DNA from: an uncultured virus (IMG/VR IMGVR_UViG_3300046171_000241)
Taxonomy: Duplodnaviria > Heunggongvirae > Uroviricota > Caudoviricetes
Virus record (IMG/VR): IMGVR_UViG_3300046171_000241
Reading direction: 5' to 3' (one strand)
DNA: 64,000 nucleotides
Part shown: positions 40,501 to 53,712 of the stretch, one piece after another
Numbering within the stretch: the first letter of the stretch is position 1
Layout: every line of letters begins with the position of its first letter
Notes under the pieces: generated by a model
The model's input: the letters and a program-made list of their open reading frames with translations, nothing else
The model's database searches: none
What the model was told of the DNA's origin: nothing
Position numbers and translations under genes: made by a program

Positions 40501-43500
40501 TTTTCTTCCACTAGGAGCACGATGACTACAAGGATGCCACTGCTCTACTTCTGCTTCATGTCTAGTGGTCCAGATTGGATTTGGTGGACAAGGACCATCT
40601 TGAATTAATGGTGGTTCTTGAGGGATTGGTGGTGGAGGTGCATGAATTGTTAAAGCAGCACCAAATGGATTTTGATTCCAAGATCTGCGAATAATAATTT
40701 CTTTTTCAACTTTAACATATGCTGTCTTAATAATAACAGCAAGACCCATTGGATTTCCATCAATAATAGATTTTCCTGGTACTTGTTGTAGGAAAGCTTT
40801 AATAGTATACTTTCCTTTCTTAACTTCTAATGGAAGAGTTTGTAATCCATTAGACTTTCCTGGACCTCTAAATCCTTTTATATCTAATGTTTGTGCCCTG
40901 AATTTATTGTTAAAAATTTCTAAACGAACATTATCATCAACCTGAACATCAATATTGTATGTTCCAGATGCAGGAAATTCGACATTCTTCCATACGATTT
41001 CATGAGTTCCTGCATATGCCAATGCAGAACCTTCAATACTCTCTAATGATTTTTTAGATGAATTATTTCTACCATTTTTAGGAGGTTTTGCAGGTTTTGA
41101 TTTTGGTGGATTAATGGCTCTTATATAATCAATCTCAAGTCCAGCATTTTTATCCCAACCATTGTTAAAATCGTCATCAAAAACAATTGTATTATCTACT
41201 GTTTTAAATCCAGAAGTTGAAGAACCACCGCTTGCAATAACTTTATAACTTTTTCCTGCAGTAAATTCACCAGAACCTTTAATTTTTTCTTTTTCTTTTC
41301 CAACTAAACGATTTTGCCCTCTCCCTAAGTTTACATTATTAATATTTCTTTTTAAATCAACATTTCCACTATCGCTTTCAATTTTAACATCTCTGACTGC
41401 TAATCCAGAAGTTGTTAAACTATCATCAACTTTTAATTTAAATCCAATTTTAAGCCTTACCATCACCAATAACCTTCATGAAGAGTTCTCCATTGGGTCC
41501 ACCCCTTCTTTCAAATTTTACTTTTGGTTCTTTAAATGTTTGTGGTTTAGGAACAGTAGGAGGAACTGATTTAATTTCTGGATCAATTTCTAATGGATTG
41601 AATGGTGTAACGGCATTTTTAGCAAAAAAGTCTCCATAAGCACCTACACTAGGTCTTACTCTAAACAAAGGTCTATTTGCTTTGTCAATATATTGTTTAG
41701 TATTAAAAACTACAGACTTTTCAATGTCAGATTTTTCTAATGACTCTCCTGTTCTATCATCAACAATATTTGCATCCTTAAGTTCTTGCCAAAGTTTACC
41801 TTTTAATCCGTAAGAGGCAACATCAAATACAAATTCAATATCAAATGTATTTCTACCCTTACCACCCTCCTTTAATCCAGGGGTTCTTGCAGCATTGGAC
41901 GATGTAAAGATTCCTCCTTTAACCGTAAAGATTTGCATGTCATCATTATCGTTTGCAGATCCAATGTAATCTGCAAAAATTCTATTAGAACTTCCTCTAG
42001 ATTCTTTATTTTTAGTACCGTTTTCGATGCAACCTTGCTCTAAGTAAGAATCCTTACTCTTAGGAATTTTCTTTCCGAGAGTGATGGTTTCAACTTGGTT
42101 TCCTTTTTTACCTGTCTGCTTAAATGTTTTATCACCAACTTTTAATATTCCAACTGACTTTCCATTACTATTTGGATCATCATTCCATGAAAGTTCTAAA
42201 GAAACATCACCATTGCCTTTTGTAATAATACTAGATCCATCCCTACTAAACTTTGCAGTTACTCCAGGTGATGTTGACACAATCTTAAATTTTGCATCGG
42301 TATCCATTTGATCAGTTGAATCTGTATATCTAATTTGTTTATTTTCAACTCTGACAATTGCAGGAGATTCACCTCTACCGTTTGTTCCAGGTAGTGTTAA
42401 TTGGATTGGAGTAGTTCTTTCTTTGTTTGCATCAACTATTTCAGCAGTTGCTATGAACTTAACATCATACTTTGCACCAGAAGTTACTCTACGATATACA
42501 GTTCTAACTTTCTTATTTTCTCCATCATTATCAATAGTAAAATTATCGGTGACATCTGCGTTATTTGTGAAGACAGCAGAAATTTTTCTATGCCTACCAC
42601 TTCCTGAACCAACAACGTTAAACTTAACAGTTCTTCCTTTACCACTCTGTCCACTATCAGCAGTATACGTTTCTGTAATTATTTTCTTTTGAGCTGCATT
42701 AAGTAAATCAATCCTAATCTCATGATCTCCTTTTAGAACCTCAAGTTTTTTCTTTACTGGATTTTTCTTGAAGGTGTTTGAAATGTTCATAATTGAAACA
42801 TTATCAAAAAAAACTTCTCCTATATTATCTGCTGCTCCTTTAAAAGTATATTTTCCATCATGAGGAAAATATTCTTTATACATTAAAGAATATGGTTTAT
42901 CGGCCTTATCTGTACCCTCTCTATCGGATGGGAGTTGAGGTGCAACAGCATACCTATTCATAAAACTATCAGTAATCTCAGTCGTAAAAGTTTTATCTTT
43001 TCTTCTATTGAGACGATAAGTTAAGTCAAAAGTTCCTCTCTGGTATCTATTTTTTTTATTTGCTTCAATTTGCTTAAGTTTTTTCCTTAATTCTTCTTTC
43101 TTTTCGAGTGCTTCTTGCAGTTCTGCAGTGACAGCATGAACTCTGTTGCGAGCAATATCACTTCTTTTCTTTTGAAGGTCTTTAATCAAATCCTGTTTTT
43201 TTGCTTCAAGATTATCAATATTTTTTTTAATTTTTATATTTTTATTTTGAATACCCTCAGTATCAAAACTTATTTTTTTTCTACTTCCTGCTCTAAAACT
43301 ACCAATATTAGACATGACTTGAATGTCATCATTATCATTGGCAGATCCAACTACATCAGCAAATATAATTTTAGACTTGCCCCCACTTCTTTGAAGTTCT
43401 CCTCCTTCTTTTGGTGCTCTACCACCCTCTTCCAATAATCCCTGCTCGACATTGAGCGAATCTGCATTCTTTACTACCTTTCTTACATTTGATGTTACAC

Positions 43501-44716
43501 TATAATTAGTATTTGCTTTAAGAGATACTAACTGCGTTCTTTTCTTTCCACTTCTTTTCTCATTAGTAACACCTCTTACCCTAAATTGATGTGATCCATC
43601 CTCTGCTACAAATTTGAAAGAGATATTTCTATTTTTATATGTTCCCTGACCATAAACTTCAAATTCTACATCAACAAACAAATCATCTCTTAAATTACTT
43701 CCACCCCAAGCCCAATGCTCAACAGGAAAAAGAATTTTACCTAATTTATTTGCAATTTTTTTTGTGCCATTTCCTACAACATTTACAGGAGTTTCATCTC
43801 TAGTAGTCCACCAAGGTTTGTTTGGATCATAACCTTTAAGGAATCTAAGATATTCTTGAAGTTGAGTCTCAAATCCAGAGTTATTTTCTAAACTTAAAAT
43901 ATTTCCAGGATTCCATTCTCCAATAACAGTTTGATCCGACATGGAGTAATCCTTTCCCCAATCGAGATTGGAAACATCTACTTCATATTGCCCCAATTTA
44001 AAATCATAAAATTCAAAATCATCTTCATCATCAAAATTTTCTACCCGAAATCCAGATGCTCCCAATTCAGAACGTCCAGAAGCTCCAGATCCTCTTTTGC
44101 AATCATCAAAAATACGAACTTGTGGTGGAAATTTATATCCAAATCCACCATGTATCACACGGGCATGAAGTATTGAACCATCTTTACCAATAATTGGAAC
44201 TGCAAGAGCACCAATTCCGCCACCACCTTGAAGTTCTATTCTTGTTCTACATTTATCTTTAGAACTATACTTTTCGTAATTTTTATCAGTATTAAACTCT
44301 CCAAAATCAAGAATATCAACACCAGAATTATTATCTAATGGTGAGATTTCTGGTTCTCCACCACCAGGAGTGGTTGGATCAGTTTTAAATCCTCTAACAG
44401 TATTGCAAGGGTCAAATTCATCCGTATCTTTATCTACAAGACCTTTAGGTCGATGTGTAGGTAAAGTATCTTCATTAGTTAATTTATTTACTTTATTAAT
44501 ATTAATATATCTTACTCCATCCCTATTTGCAATAATAAATTGCGTGCCAGGATTTGCTTCGGCATACTTATTTGCAGCATAGACAGTAAGTCCGCTTATA
44601 TATCCTTTCCTAGGATGAACATATCCAACACGAACTGCATCATTCGCATTTTTATTCTCTGCGAAAATATTATACTTCGAATTAGTTGATATGCCAGAGA
44701 TTCTTGGGGTAGACAT
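37580..44716 (-). CDS. giant PA14-like domain baseplate-associated protein (frameshifts near 41455, 38160, 37950)
   Basis: Four FP..G.Y.(F/I)..(AD/VD)(N/D) PA14-like units with NP.G.(A/S) motifs; fragments 41450-44716, 38158-41469 and 37580-37885 are collinear. Confidence 0.7.
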
Positions 44717-44761
44717 ACTATATTATTTCTACTGATGTCATATGGTATTATTTATTCATCA

Positions 44762-46716
44762 TTAATACGTGGTTAATGCTGCATCTTTCTCTTCTTCAGT
44801 CATAGGTTTAGAAAGATCACCAGCATCAAGGTCAAAAGAAACATCTGATTGATTTTTTGCTGGTACTACATACTCAGGTTGTGTAGCGGGAGTTGTAATT
44901 CGTTGGTCTCTTGCTTCACCACTGGTCTGAACAGAATCTGCCACAGAAGTTACACTAGGAAGTTCTCCTGCATCTGCTCCAGCTCCTCCTGTAGCAAGTT
45001 GATAATAATCATTGATTGCTTTTTTAGGCATAAGTTCACCAGGAAACACATTAGCAATAACATTTTGGAAATCTAAAGCAGCACCAAGACCACTTGAAAT
45101 ATCTGGTATCATATCTAATGCACCACCCATACTATTAGTCACAACAGCAGCACTATCTCCAAAATCACCAAAAGAATCTCCCAATCCACCACTTATAAGA
45201 TCTCGATTAGCAGCAAATGTACTACTGAGACCAGTAAGTTCCCCTTGCTTATCCTCAATATACTTATTCAAACTCTTAACAACATTATCATTTGCCTCTG
45301 TCATTTTTTTCTTATTTTTAGATATTAATGTAGACGCAATACTTTCTGCAAAACACATTGGAACTTTTGGAGTTGTTTCAAATTTACCTCTCCCCCCATT
45401 AGATGCAGATGCTCCTTGATTATATGCAATTGCTCTTGCTTCATCTTCTCTCTGCGTTGGTTGCAATGCATCTTTTAAAGCAGCACATAATTGGTCTCCA
45501 AGTCCTCCAATCATTTCATTATACAGTCCCAACATCATCTTATTCAGTTCTTCTTTTAAGTCACCAAACTGATTATGAAGGGCATTTGGTAGAGCAGCAA
45601 CTACTTTTGACATTACAATATTAAGTTGCTTCAAAACAAATTCCATTATTTTGTCAAACAAAACCTTCATATACTTTGCTGCTTGTTTAGCACCTTTACA
45701 TATCATTTCTTCAAGATCAAGCGGTGCGCTTGATACTGCATCAACGTAACTTTGGATAGCATTTAAATACTTATCCATTCTTTGAGTAATATTATCAATA
45801 ATAGTTTGAATTGCCTTCATTGCAGACCCTACAGGATCGTCTGGAATAGGCATTACAACTTTTTCTTCTGCAAAGTCTTGTTCCTTTACATCACCTGCAC
45901 TAATAGCTTGAACATCTGGACTTTCTCTTTGTGGTGATGCTTTCAGAGGAACATCAGGACCAGTATTTTGTGATTCATTTTTGTTTACTAAATCAGATAC
46001 TGCTTTCATCGCAGCATCTTCTACTTCCTGAAAAGATAAACCATCATTTCTTGCTTTCTCTCTCGCATCCCGTGCTGCCTCTAATGCACCAGGAACTTGT
46101 GTTAAAGGAATATCTGGTCTTAGTCCAAATTGATTTAAAGTTGTGCCTGGTGCTACTTGTGCTGCTGCAGCAGAAGAGTTAGGATGTTCTGATTTTAAAT
46201 CTCCATCAGGTGGAAGTTCTTTTTCACCAGTCTTAGGATCTTTTCTTTTTGACCTGTTGCATATCCACTGACTGCTAGACTTCCTGGTTGTTTATTCGTA
46301 ACTCTATTATCACCAATGGTTGTAGCAGGTTTATTCTGAGAGTTATTTCCCAAAACACCCGTGATAATAGGAACGGACATTGCCGAACCATCCATAAAGA
46401 AACCAAACACCATGTTTCCTCCACGGAGGTTTGGTGTTGTGCCACTATTTGCAAGAAATCCACCAGCAGTTACTGGATAGACTACAGAAGCCCAGGGTAA
46501 GTCCTTAGAAGGTATCTCAGTTTCACCTTGGTCATGAAGACCAAGAATCCTTACTTTATATCTTCTACCCCAACCTACATTCTCAGCCTCAGTTGCATGG
46601 GGTTTGGAGATAATATTATCTTTCCAGACGGAATCGTCAGCAATTTGACCTATCCACCAGAAATAACTGGATCCTAGTAGACCTGACTCAAATAATTCTC
46701 CTCCGCCGTTTGCCAT
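44762..46716 (-). CDS. gp5: baseplate hub/spike protein gp5-like (frameshift near 46240)
   Basis: OB-fold FWWIGQI..GRRYKVRILGLH..LPWA..VFGFFMDG..PIITG; continues into ORF 44762-46009. Confidence 0.85.
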
Positions 46717-46718
46717 AC

Positions 46719-46946
46719 TCAGTCTTCGTAAACTCTACATTCGTCTGCTTCAGGTTCCATTTCACAATAAAGTTCTAGTGCCGTGGGATCATGATGATCT
46801 CCTGCAGCAATTTCTTTCTTATGATTTTCTGCATATACTTCTAGTTCATGCAGTTCACCTTCAATGTGACGGCGTTGTTGTGGCGATGTAGATGCATTAT
46901 CTAGAATCTTTTTATCAACTTCAATATGCTTTTCGATACTTTCCAT
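46719..46946 (-). CDS. cp12: CP12 Calvin-cycle regulator
   Basis: C-terminal DPTALELYCEMEPEADECRVYED with the CP12 Cys pair. Confidence 0.92.
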   Translation of the reverse strand: MESIEKHIEVDKKILDNASTSPQQRRHIEGELHELEVYAENHKKEIAAGDHHDPTALELYCEMEPEADECRVYED

Positions 46947-46949
46947 TAG

Positions 46950-48289
46950 TTACCTTCTTGTGTGATTTCCTTGTCTTCCAGTAGAATCTCTAATAAGAGT
47001 TAGTTTAGTAAGAGTCCTGTCAGGTGTTATGTAATGACATAAACTTGCTATAATATATAGACCTCCACTTTCCTTGTCAACTTCATCATTCTTTGTGTCT
47101 TCTTCTGGTGAGGGTCCATCAAAGAATATCATATCACCAGCATGTAATTCAAAATCTCCTTGAACTAGGATATGAACTCTTGATGCGAAGACTTGATTAT
47201 ATCGCATAATTGACTGACTGTAAACAGAAGCTATGTCAAGATTTTTTTCTTTAGAACCTTCAGTAGTTTCCGAAAACGTACCAGTATTATCAAAGAGCAT
47301 ACTAGTTCTCCCAAATTCTTTGATTAATTTTGGGTCAAAGTCAACTAAGTTTTTTGCTGCTGTTTTCAATGGTTCTATTTTTTCATCAATATCTTCTACA
47401 ATGTCTTCTATTGTAGATAATATAGTTCTTTTGAAATTAAATCCACCCAGATCGGGTCCCTGATCAAATGATATCAAGCACGTTGAGAATGCTCCCAACT
47501 TTGACATTTCCAATTTATTTGCAGTTTCTTTGTCGTATGTAAGTGCTTTATAATCATATCCTTCCGGAGTCCCAGACTTATCTGTAGTTGAGTTAAAGAT
47601 AATCGATCTTTTTCTAGGATTTTTTTCTTCATCAAACAAACTATCAATAGATTTAAAAATCATCTTGTCAGAAGTTTCAAAGAAAAAATATCCTGCAGTT
47701 TTTCCTTCTCCACCAGATGGTTGTGCTTGCTTAGAAAAATTATTAAGCATGTAATAAGGTCTTCTATTTAATCCAAATTCTTTAATGGCATTAGATGTTT
47801 CCTCAATATCCAATTCTTTTTCAGATTCAAGATAATCTGTTATCAAAGTTTTAATATGTTCCGAAATTTTATTCTTAGGAAACATTGCTCTGACATTTTT
47901 TGTATCATTGATTGCAAATGCCTTTGATGATAATGGAATAAACATTAATTGTTTAGTATTCTCTTCCGATACAGACGCAGTTTTACCAACTATCATCTCA
48001 ATAGTTAATTCGGTATCATTATTATCTTTGGCAGAGAACTGAAAAGTTTCTCCACCAGTTCAAAGGAAGACCTTCGTGAACTGTCTTTCATCAATTGATT
48101 ACCAGCTATCAGCAAACGATAACGTTGCCATATTACGCATCTTGCAAGATGCTTTCATAATATCTAAATCTCAACAAAACCACCAGCAACACTCACAGAC
48201 GCTCTGGATCAGTCTTACTGATTATAGTTGCCTTTTTATTGCAGAAGATCCTGCCTTCTGTCCTTGCTGTTCTTTGTTGTTTCTGACAT
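46950..48289 (-). CDS. baseplate hub-like protein (gp27-like); 5' part frameshifted
   Basis: AGYFFFET..FKSIDSL and GDFELHAGD..SGGLYIIASLCH..T.L.LIRDS; 5' region 48000-48290 is indel-rich. Confidence 0.6.
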
Positions 48290-48310
48290 TGTTATTTTCC
48301 TCTATCCTAT

Positions 48311-51038
48311 TTACCCAAATTTATAACGATATCTTTCCAACTACGATCACTAGATCCCAGAAGCATGAGAGAGAAAACATACTCCCATTCACTCCTGATC
48401 ACCATAAGAACCAGACCCTCCACGATCCTACCACTGCCATTTGCCATCTGCAGGTTCTGGTGGTCTTTCATAATCAGTATATGCCATCAGTGCTTCAATA
48501 GCACCTTTACCTTTTGCCTTGTTTATTATATCAAATATTCCTGGGAATGCACTTTCAATAGCAGTATAGGAATCATTATCAATAACAAATTCCTCACCTT
48601 TCTCACCCAACATTGCATGAGTGATTCCTTTAACCAAACCACCAAGTCCATATGCGAGGTGAACATGGTCTCCATGACCACCAGGATCGACCATTGTTGT
48701 TCCTGGGAATGAAGCACCAGTAATCATCTCGGCAGGTTGAACACCTTTCTTCTTATTAAACTGATTGATGACATCAACAATCGGTGCTTGTTCATTAGTG
48801 AACGCACCAACATCAATTGCTCTACCACTATAATGATATGAACCACTCGCGTGACTTCCTCTTACACCACCAAAGTCTGGGTGTTCTATAATTGCATTAT
48901 AATCTCCATATCCATCAGAGGCAACAGCAGCAGAGTCGAGATTTTGTTCAATGAATTTTCCTGCCTCTCCAGATACATTAGATGCTCCGCTGTTGGGATC
49001 AAGGTCTCCAGTTTTAACTGATCCGCCAGTGTCACCCGATGTTGTTGCCCCAGGCGTTGCAGGTGGATTTTTTCCTTCTGCTTTTTTCGCTGCCGCAATT
49101 TCTTCTGGAGATTTTTGTTTTACATCTTCACCCTTGATCATCGCAACGATAGTGCCAAGATCTGGAAGTTTAGATGCAAATCCATCAATCTTACTCTTAA
49201 TATCTCCCAGTCCTACATTTTTAAATATAGCATCTTCACCTGCTTTAAGATCAAAATTCTCTCCAAGTAGTGCAGGACCCATGTCTCTCACAAACATATA
49301 ACCATCTAATGCTGTTGATAGAACACCTAATGGTGCTAACGGCGGGAAGATGCTTGCGATGTCCGCAACACCTGCCATCATTTCGATTAGGGCACCAAAG
49401 GTATCCCCTCCAGCAAGTCTATCATATCCAAATGCAAGGTTTACAAAACCACCAACAACTGGAAGAACTTTACTTCCAAGTTTATCCATTATCTTTGAAC
49501 CAAGTTCTCTCAGTCCAACCTTAACACCACCTTTTTTAGCAAATGCCTGTAGAAGTTTTTGAACTATAGGTAATTTTGCAAGGTTTTTAAATATAGAATC
49601 TGAGAAACCTTGTAACGTTTTTGCTATCGGTTCAATAATTGGTCTGAGTGGTTTAATAAGGTTTTCTACTGCAAGTTTTTTTCCTGCATCAATTAAGTTA
49701 CCTAGACCTGATGTTACTGACTTATACTTTTCACTTATTGCCTTACCAGCATTTGAGAATGCTTTTGATGCTACATTACCAGTTAAATTATCAATTGCCT
49801 TAGCACCACTTACAATAGCACCACCAGTTGCTTTTGCAGCACCGACTACTTGCTTACCAAGAAAATCTGTTGCTTGTGTAGTCTTCTTACCAACATCATC
49901 AAGGAAACCTAAGAACCCGCCTGGTTTTGCTGGTGTTATTGGGGTTACTTTCCTTGCTGTGTTTAGTGCATCAGGTGTTGCTACATTAGCCTTGTTTTGC
50001 CTGCGTAAATGCATCAATCTGTTCATCTGCAAATCCAAATTTCTTTTGGAGTTGAGTTTCTACATCAGTCTTTACACGAATCTTTCCGTCAGGTTCAACT
50101 ATCTCAGTTGGTTTGACCGTTCTAGTTTTACCAGATTTAGGATCTACTCCCTCTCCTGGATTTAATTTAGGTTTACCAGTTTTAGGATCTATCTTTGTTT
50201 TTCTCTGACCTTTAATTAAATCTGTTAATCCCTCAAGAGGATTGAAGGATGCTGTAAGCATTCCAACAATCAATATCAAATTAAATGCCTTGTTCAGATT
50301 CGACATGAATCCTTCAAAGGCTGATTCAGCACCTTCACCAAGGGTATCACCCAACCATTCCTTGGTTGCGTTATACATATCCATTCCTGCTGCAAGGAAT
50401 GTTCCTGCAGCATCAAGTATCCCTAATACAAGGTCTACTATAAAATTAATAGTTCCGCCAACAAAATTTATAAGGCTTTGTCCACCAGGTAACTTAATTT
50501 GAACAAGTTTTATCAGCAACCAACCTAAGAAAATATTCTTGAAGAAATCAAAAATACCAGAAAGCAATCCCTTTCCAGGAACATTGAATTTCTTTCCAGC
50601 CTTTTTATCTTTACTGGGTACAACTTTTTCTAAACCAGTCTCTTGTTTCTTTCTTTTCTGCTTCTCAAGTCCTGTTCTTTCTGCTTTAGATCTTGCTTTA
50701 TCTGCAGCAAGAGTTCCTTTCAAAATATTCTGGATCTGAATTACTTTCTCTTTTATGATGAGAATAGTATCCTGTTCTGTTTCTCCTCCAGAACTAGATG
50801 AAGTTGGTTCTTGTATCGGTGCTGGAACAATAGCACCAGCAGAAACCATTGCTGTCTTGGGGCGGATTGCTAATGCTCCAGGTTTTTTCTCTTCCGTTGC
50901 CTCACCCTTTACTGCTTCTGGTTTTACTTTAGTCTTCTTACCTTTGATGAAGTTTGTGGCAGCACCTTTAGCGGCACCCTTTACAAGTCCCCCACCCATT
51001 GATTTTAATCCTGCTCCTAGTAATGCTGGTAATGCCAT
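48311..51038 (-). CDS. tape-measure/hub-like tail protein with M15-like peptidase domain (frameshifts near 50000 and 48450)
   Basis: MALPALLG, coiled-coil and amphipathic helices, HASGSYHYSGRAIDV..HGDHVHLA, GGLVKGITHAMLGEKGEEFV. Confidence 0.7.
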
Positions 51039-51039
51039 G

Positions 51040-53532
51040 TTATGCCACCGTTAATCCTAAGACTTTGATCTTCTCTCTGGAGATCATTGCATTTGCGTCG
51101 ATACTCGGGAACTGGTTTTGATTTGGAACCTGAGTAGCAGAACTATTTCCAGATCCTTGAGAGGCACTTGAACTACCCATGGCTGCTGGGTTTTGCAAAG
51201 CCTGGAAAGCAGATACAGGAGGACCAGGAGGTGCTGATCCACCAGAACTTGTAAAAGGATTAGATCCTGTGAGTGCTGCAATTCCACTTCCAAACTTATG
51301 TGGTTTCTTAGGTGTTGATCCTGGAGCACCTGGTGCTCCAGGAGATGATGCAGGAGTTACACCTTTTGCTCCAGCAATACCTGTAGTTGCAGTGAATGAA
51401 CTGGGATCCAATCCTTTTAAATTCTTATCATATACTGCAACAAGATCATCATAACTTTTCACTGGTTGACCATAACGACTTGCACCATTCATCATAGGCA
51501 GAGATGCCCAGACAGGTGCCATCTTAGCAATCTGTGCTCTGCTAATTGGTGCGTCAATTTCTGCTGCAGACATTCCTGCCTGCCCCATCATGTAACCAGC
51601 AATCGCCATTTTATCTTGATTTTCTGGAGTGAATTTAGAATCACCTGACAACCCAGCAGCTGCAGCAAATGCTTCTGGTTTCATCATTTGATATGCACCG
51701 ACAGCAGCAGATGTATATTGACCATAAGTTGCTTCACCTGCAGAGAGTCTTCTCTTCTGTTCTGCAACAACTTCGTTGATGGTCATACTGGTGAGATCCA
51801 TATCACTCCTTCCACCAAACCATGTATTATATCCATCTGGTTTCAGAGTTCCCTCTGCCCATCTAATTGTATTCAGCAGTGCCTTTGCATTCTTAGATAT
51901 GCCACCCTTAGTTTCAGTATCACCTTTCTTCTCTTCATCTTTATTTTCCTTTTCTATGCTTTCTTCATTTTTATTGCCCCCACCAAATAGACTCTGAATA
52001 CCACCAGTAATTCCACTAAGTAAACCACCATCACCCTTCGCCTTCGCTCTTTCCTCCATTTCATTTTCAACTTTAGGAGATGGTTCTTCCTTCTTATCTT
52101 CACCATATCCATAGTTTGACATATCACCCATCAGTCCACCACCAGCAGCATAGGTAACACCATTCATTCTCTTGGGTAAGTTAGTGCCTCCACCTGCAGC
52201 ATTCATCGATGCCATGGTGCTTGTTCCATACTTTTGCACAGCACCCCTACTCATAACAAATTCACCAGGTGCCAACATAGCAGGTACGGTGTCTCTGTTT
52301 GGTCCACTACCAGGAACAATTCCACCACCTTTCATTTTTGCTGGAGGAGGATTGCCCATCTGGGTTGCCATATCCGTCGTCTTTTTTTGTAAGTCAGTTG
52401 GATTAGCAGGATCGTATTCTTGTCCAGCAACCGTCTGTTTAGTTTCTGGTTTATCTTCACCATCTGCAGCAGGTTTATCTGATGTAGGAGCACTGTCCTT
52501 ATCGTCTTCACCCTTAGTTAGATCTACATCATCTTTACCACCATCCATTAAGCGATTTGCAAGAAGTGCAGTGCCTCCAACAACACTCAAAAGTTTTGCA
52601 CTCTTACCAAGACCAAATCGTTTTATCGCACCAATAAGTGCGGGTATAACAGTTCCTATTAATTTTGCTGTGAAAATGCCCACCTTGAGTAGCATCTTCG
52701 CGATGAAACTAGTAAAACTATTTCCAAATAATAAGTATGCTGCAAGCAACGCAGGCCAAGTGTTCTTAAAGAACTCACCAATTGCTTTTATCTTTTTTTC
52801 ATTATCTTTATCAGTAAACCATTTAATAATTTTAATTAATATAGCACCAATTATGACATTCTTGATAAAATCAAATATCCCGTCAAGAAGTCCCTTGACT
52901 GGTTTAATCAGTTTACTGGCACCAGAAATGAAATTTTTGATACCACCACTTTCTAATTTATCCTCAGATCCTTTTCTTTTTTGTCTTTCTGCACGCTTCC
53001 TATCTTTCTCTGCCTGCTTTGTAGAAAGTTTTTGTTGTCTCTTTAAAATTTCTATAATAGAATTGACACCCTTTAGAATATCCTTCAAGGGATCACTCTT
53101 TCTTGGTGCGCGTTTCTTCTTTGCACCTTCCTCTTCTTCAGGTGCTTGATAAGGAGTTATTGCACTGGTAGGAAGTGCCTTCTGTTTTGAAGCAATCTCA
53201 ACTGAATCAAACTTAAGTTTAGATGGATCTATTGCTCCAGTTTTTACATCTTGCCTTACTTCATCTGGTTTTCTTTCAAAGAAAGCATCTGGACTAACAG
53301 TTGTCTTCTTTGCTTTAAACTTGGGGTCTGCTGCCTTTCTTGACTTCCTTACCTTTATTACTTCTTGCGATAAGATTGCAGAGCGTTCATCACCAGCACC
53401 TTTGGTTTGAAATTGTATCTTTGCAATCGCTTCTTTTAAGGCACTAAGATAATCCTCTTCCTCCGACAGATTGTCGAGGTCAATACCCATCTCAAGGAGG
53501 ATATCAATAGGATCAGTAGTCTTAGCCGCCAT
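51040..53532 (-). CDS. tape-measure/hub-like tail protein with lysozyme-like domain
   Basis: GGIVPGSGPNRDTVPAMLAPGEFV; ALLNTIRWAEGT..YNTWFGG..SAAVGAYQ..FTPENQD..WASLP (lambda-R-like muramidase). Confidence 0.8.
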   Translation of the reverse strand: MAAKTTDPIDILLEMGIDLDNLSEEEDYLSALKEAIAKIQFQTKGAGDERSAILSQEVIKVRKSRKAADPKFKAKKTTVSPDAFFERKPDEVRQDVKTGAIDPSKLKFDSVEIASKQKALPTSAITPYQAPEEEEGAKKKRAPRKSDPLKDILKGVNSIIEILKRQQKLSTKQAEKDRKRAERQKRKGSEDKLESGGIKNFISGASKLIKPVKGLLDGIFDFIKNVIIGAILIKIIKWFTDKDNEKKIKAIGEFFKNTWPALLAAYLLFGNSFTSFIAKMLLKVGIFTAKLIGTVIPALIGAIKRFGLGKSAKLLSVVGGTALLANRLMDGGKDDVDLTKGEDDKDSAPTSDKPAADGEDKPETKQTVAGQEYDPANPTDLQKKTTDMATQMGNPPPAKMKGGGIVPGSGPNRDTVPAMLAPGEFVMSRGAVQKYGTSTMASMNAAGGGTNLPKRMNGVTYAAGGGLMGDMSNYGYGEDKKEEPSPKVENEMEERAKAKGDGGLLSGITGGIQSLFGGGNKNEESIEKENKDEEKKGDTETKGGISKNAKALLNTIRWAEGTLKPDGYNTWFGGRSDMDLTSMTINEVVAEQKRRLSAGEATYGQYTSAAVGAYQMMKPEAFAAAAGLSGDSKFTPENQDKMAIAGYMMGQAGMSAAEIDAPISRAQIAKMAPVWASLPMMNGASRYGQPVKSYDDLVAVYDKNLKGLDPSSFTATTGIAGAKGVTPASSPGAPGAPGSTPKKPHKFGSGIAALTGSNPFTSSGGSAPPGPPVSAFQALQNPAAMGSSSASQGSGNSSATQVPNQNQFPSIDANAMISREKIKVLGLTVA

Positions 53533-53704
53533 ACTTTCGTTGCCGCTGCTCTTGCTTTTCTTTTTCGTCCTTGAGATGTTGCTTTAGAAGTTCAACATAG
53601 ATGTCTCGTTCCCAAGGCATCATGTTTTCAATCTCAGTTAATGAATATTTATGGTACTGTATCAAGGCAAAGTTGAGTCTAAAATAAGCCTCAAGATCCA
53701 TATG
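53522..53704 (-). CDS. gp51: baseplate hub assembly protein gp51-like
   Basis: YFRLNFALIQYHKYSLTEIENMMPWERDIYV; follows gp26; exact start uncertain. Confidence 0.85.
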   Translation of the reverse strand, partial: HMDLEAYFRLNFALIQYHKYSLTEIENMMPWERDIYVELLKQHLKDEKEKQEQRQRKYGG

Positions 53705-53712
53705 GATCATGC

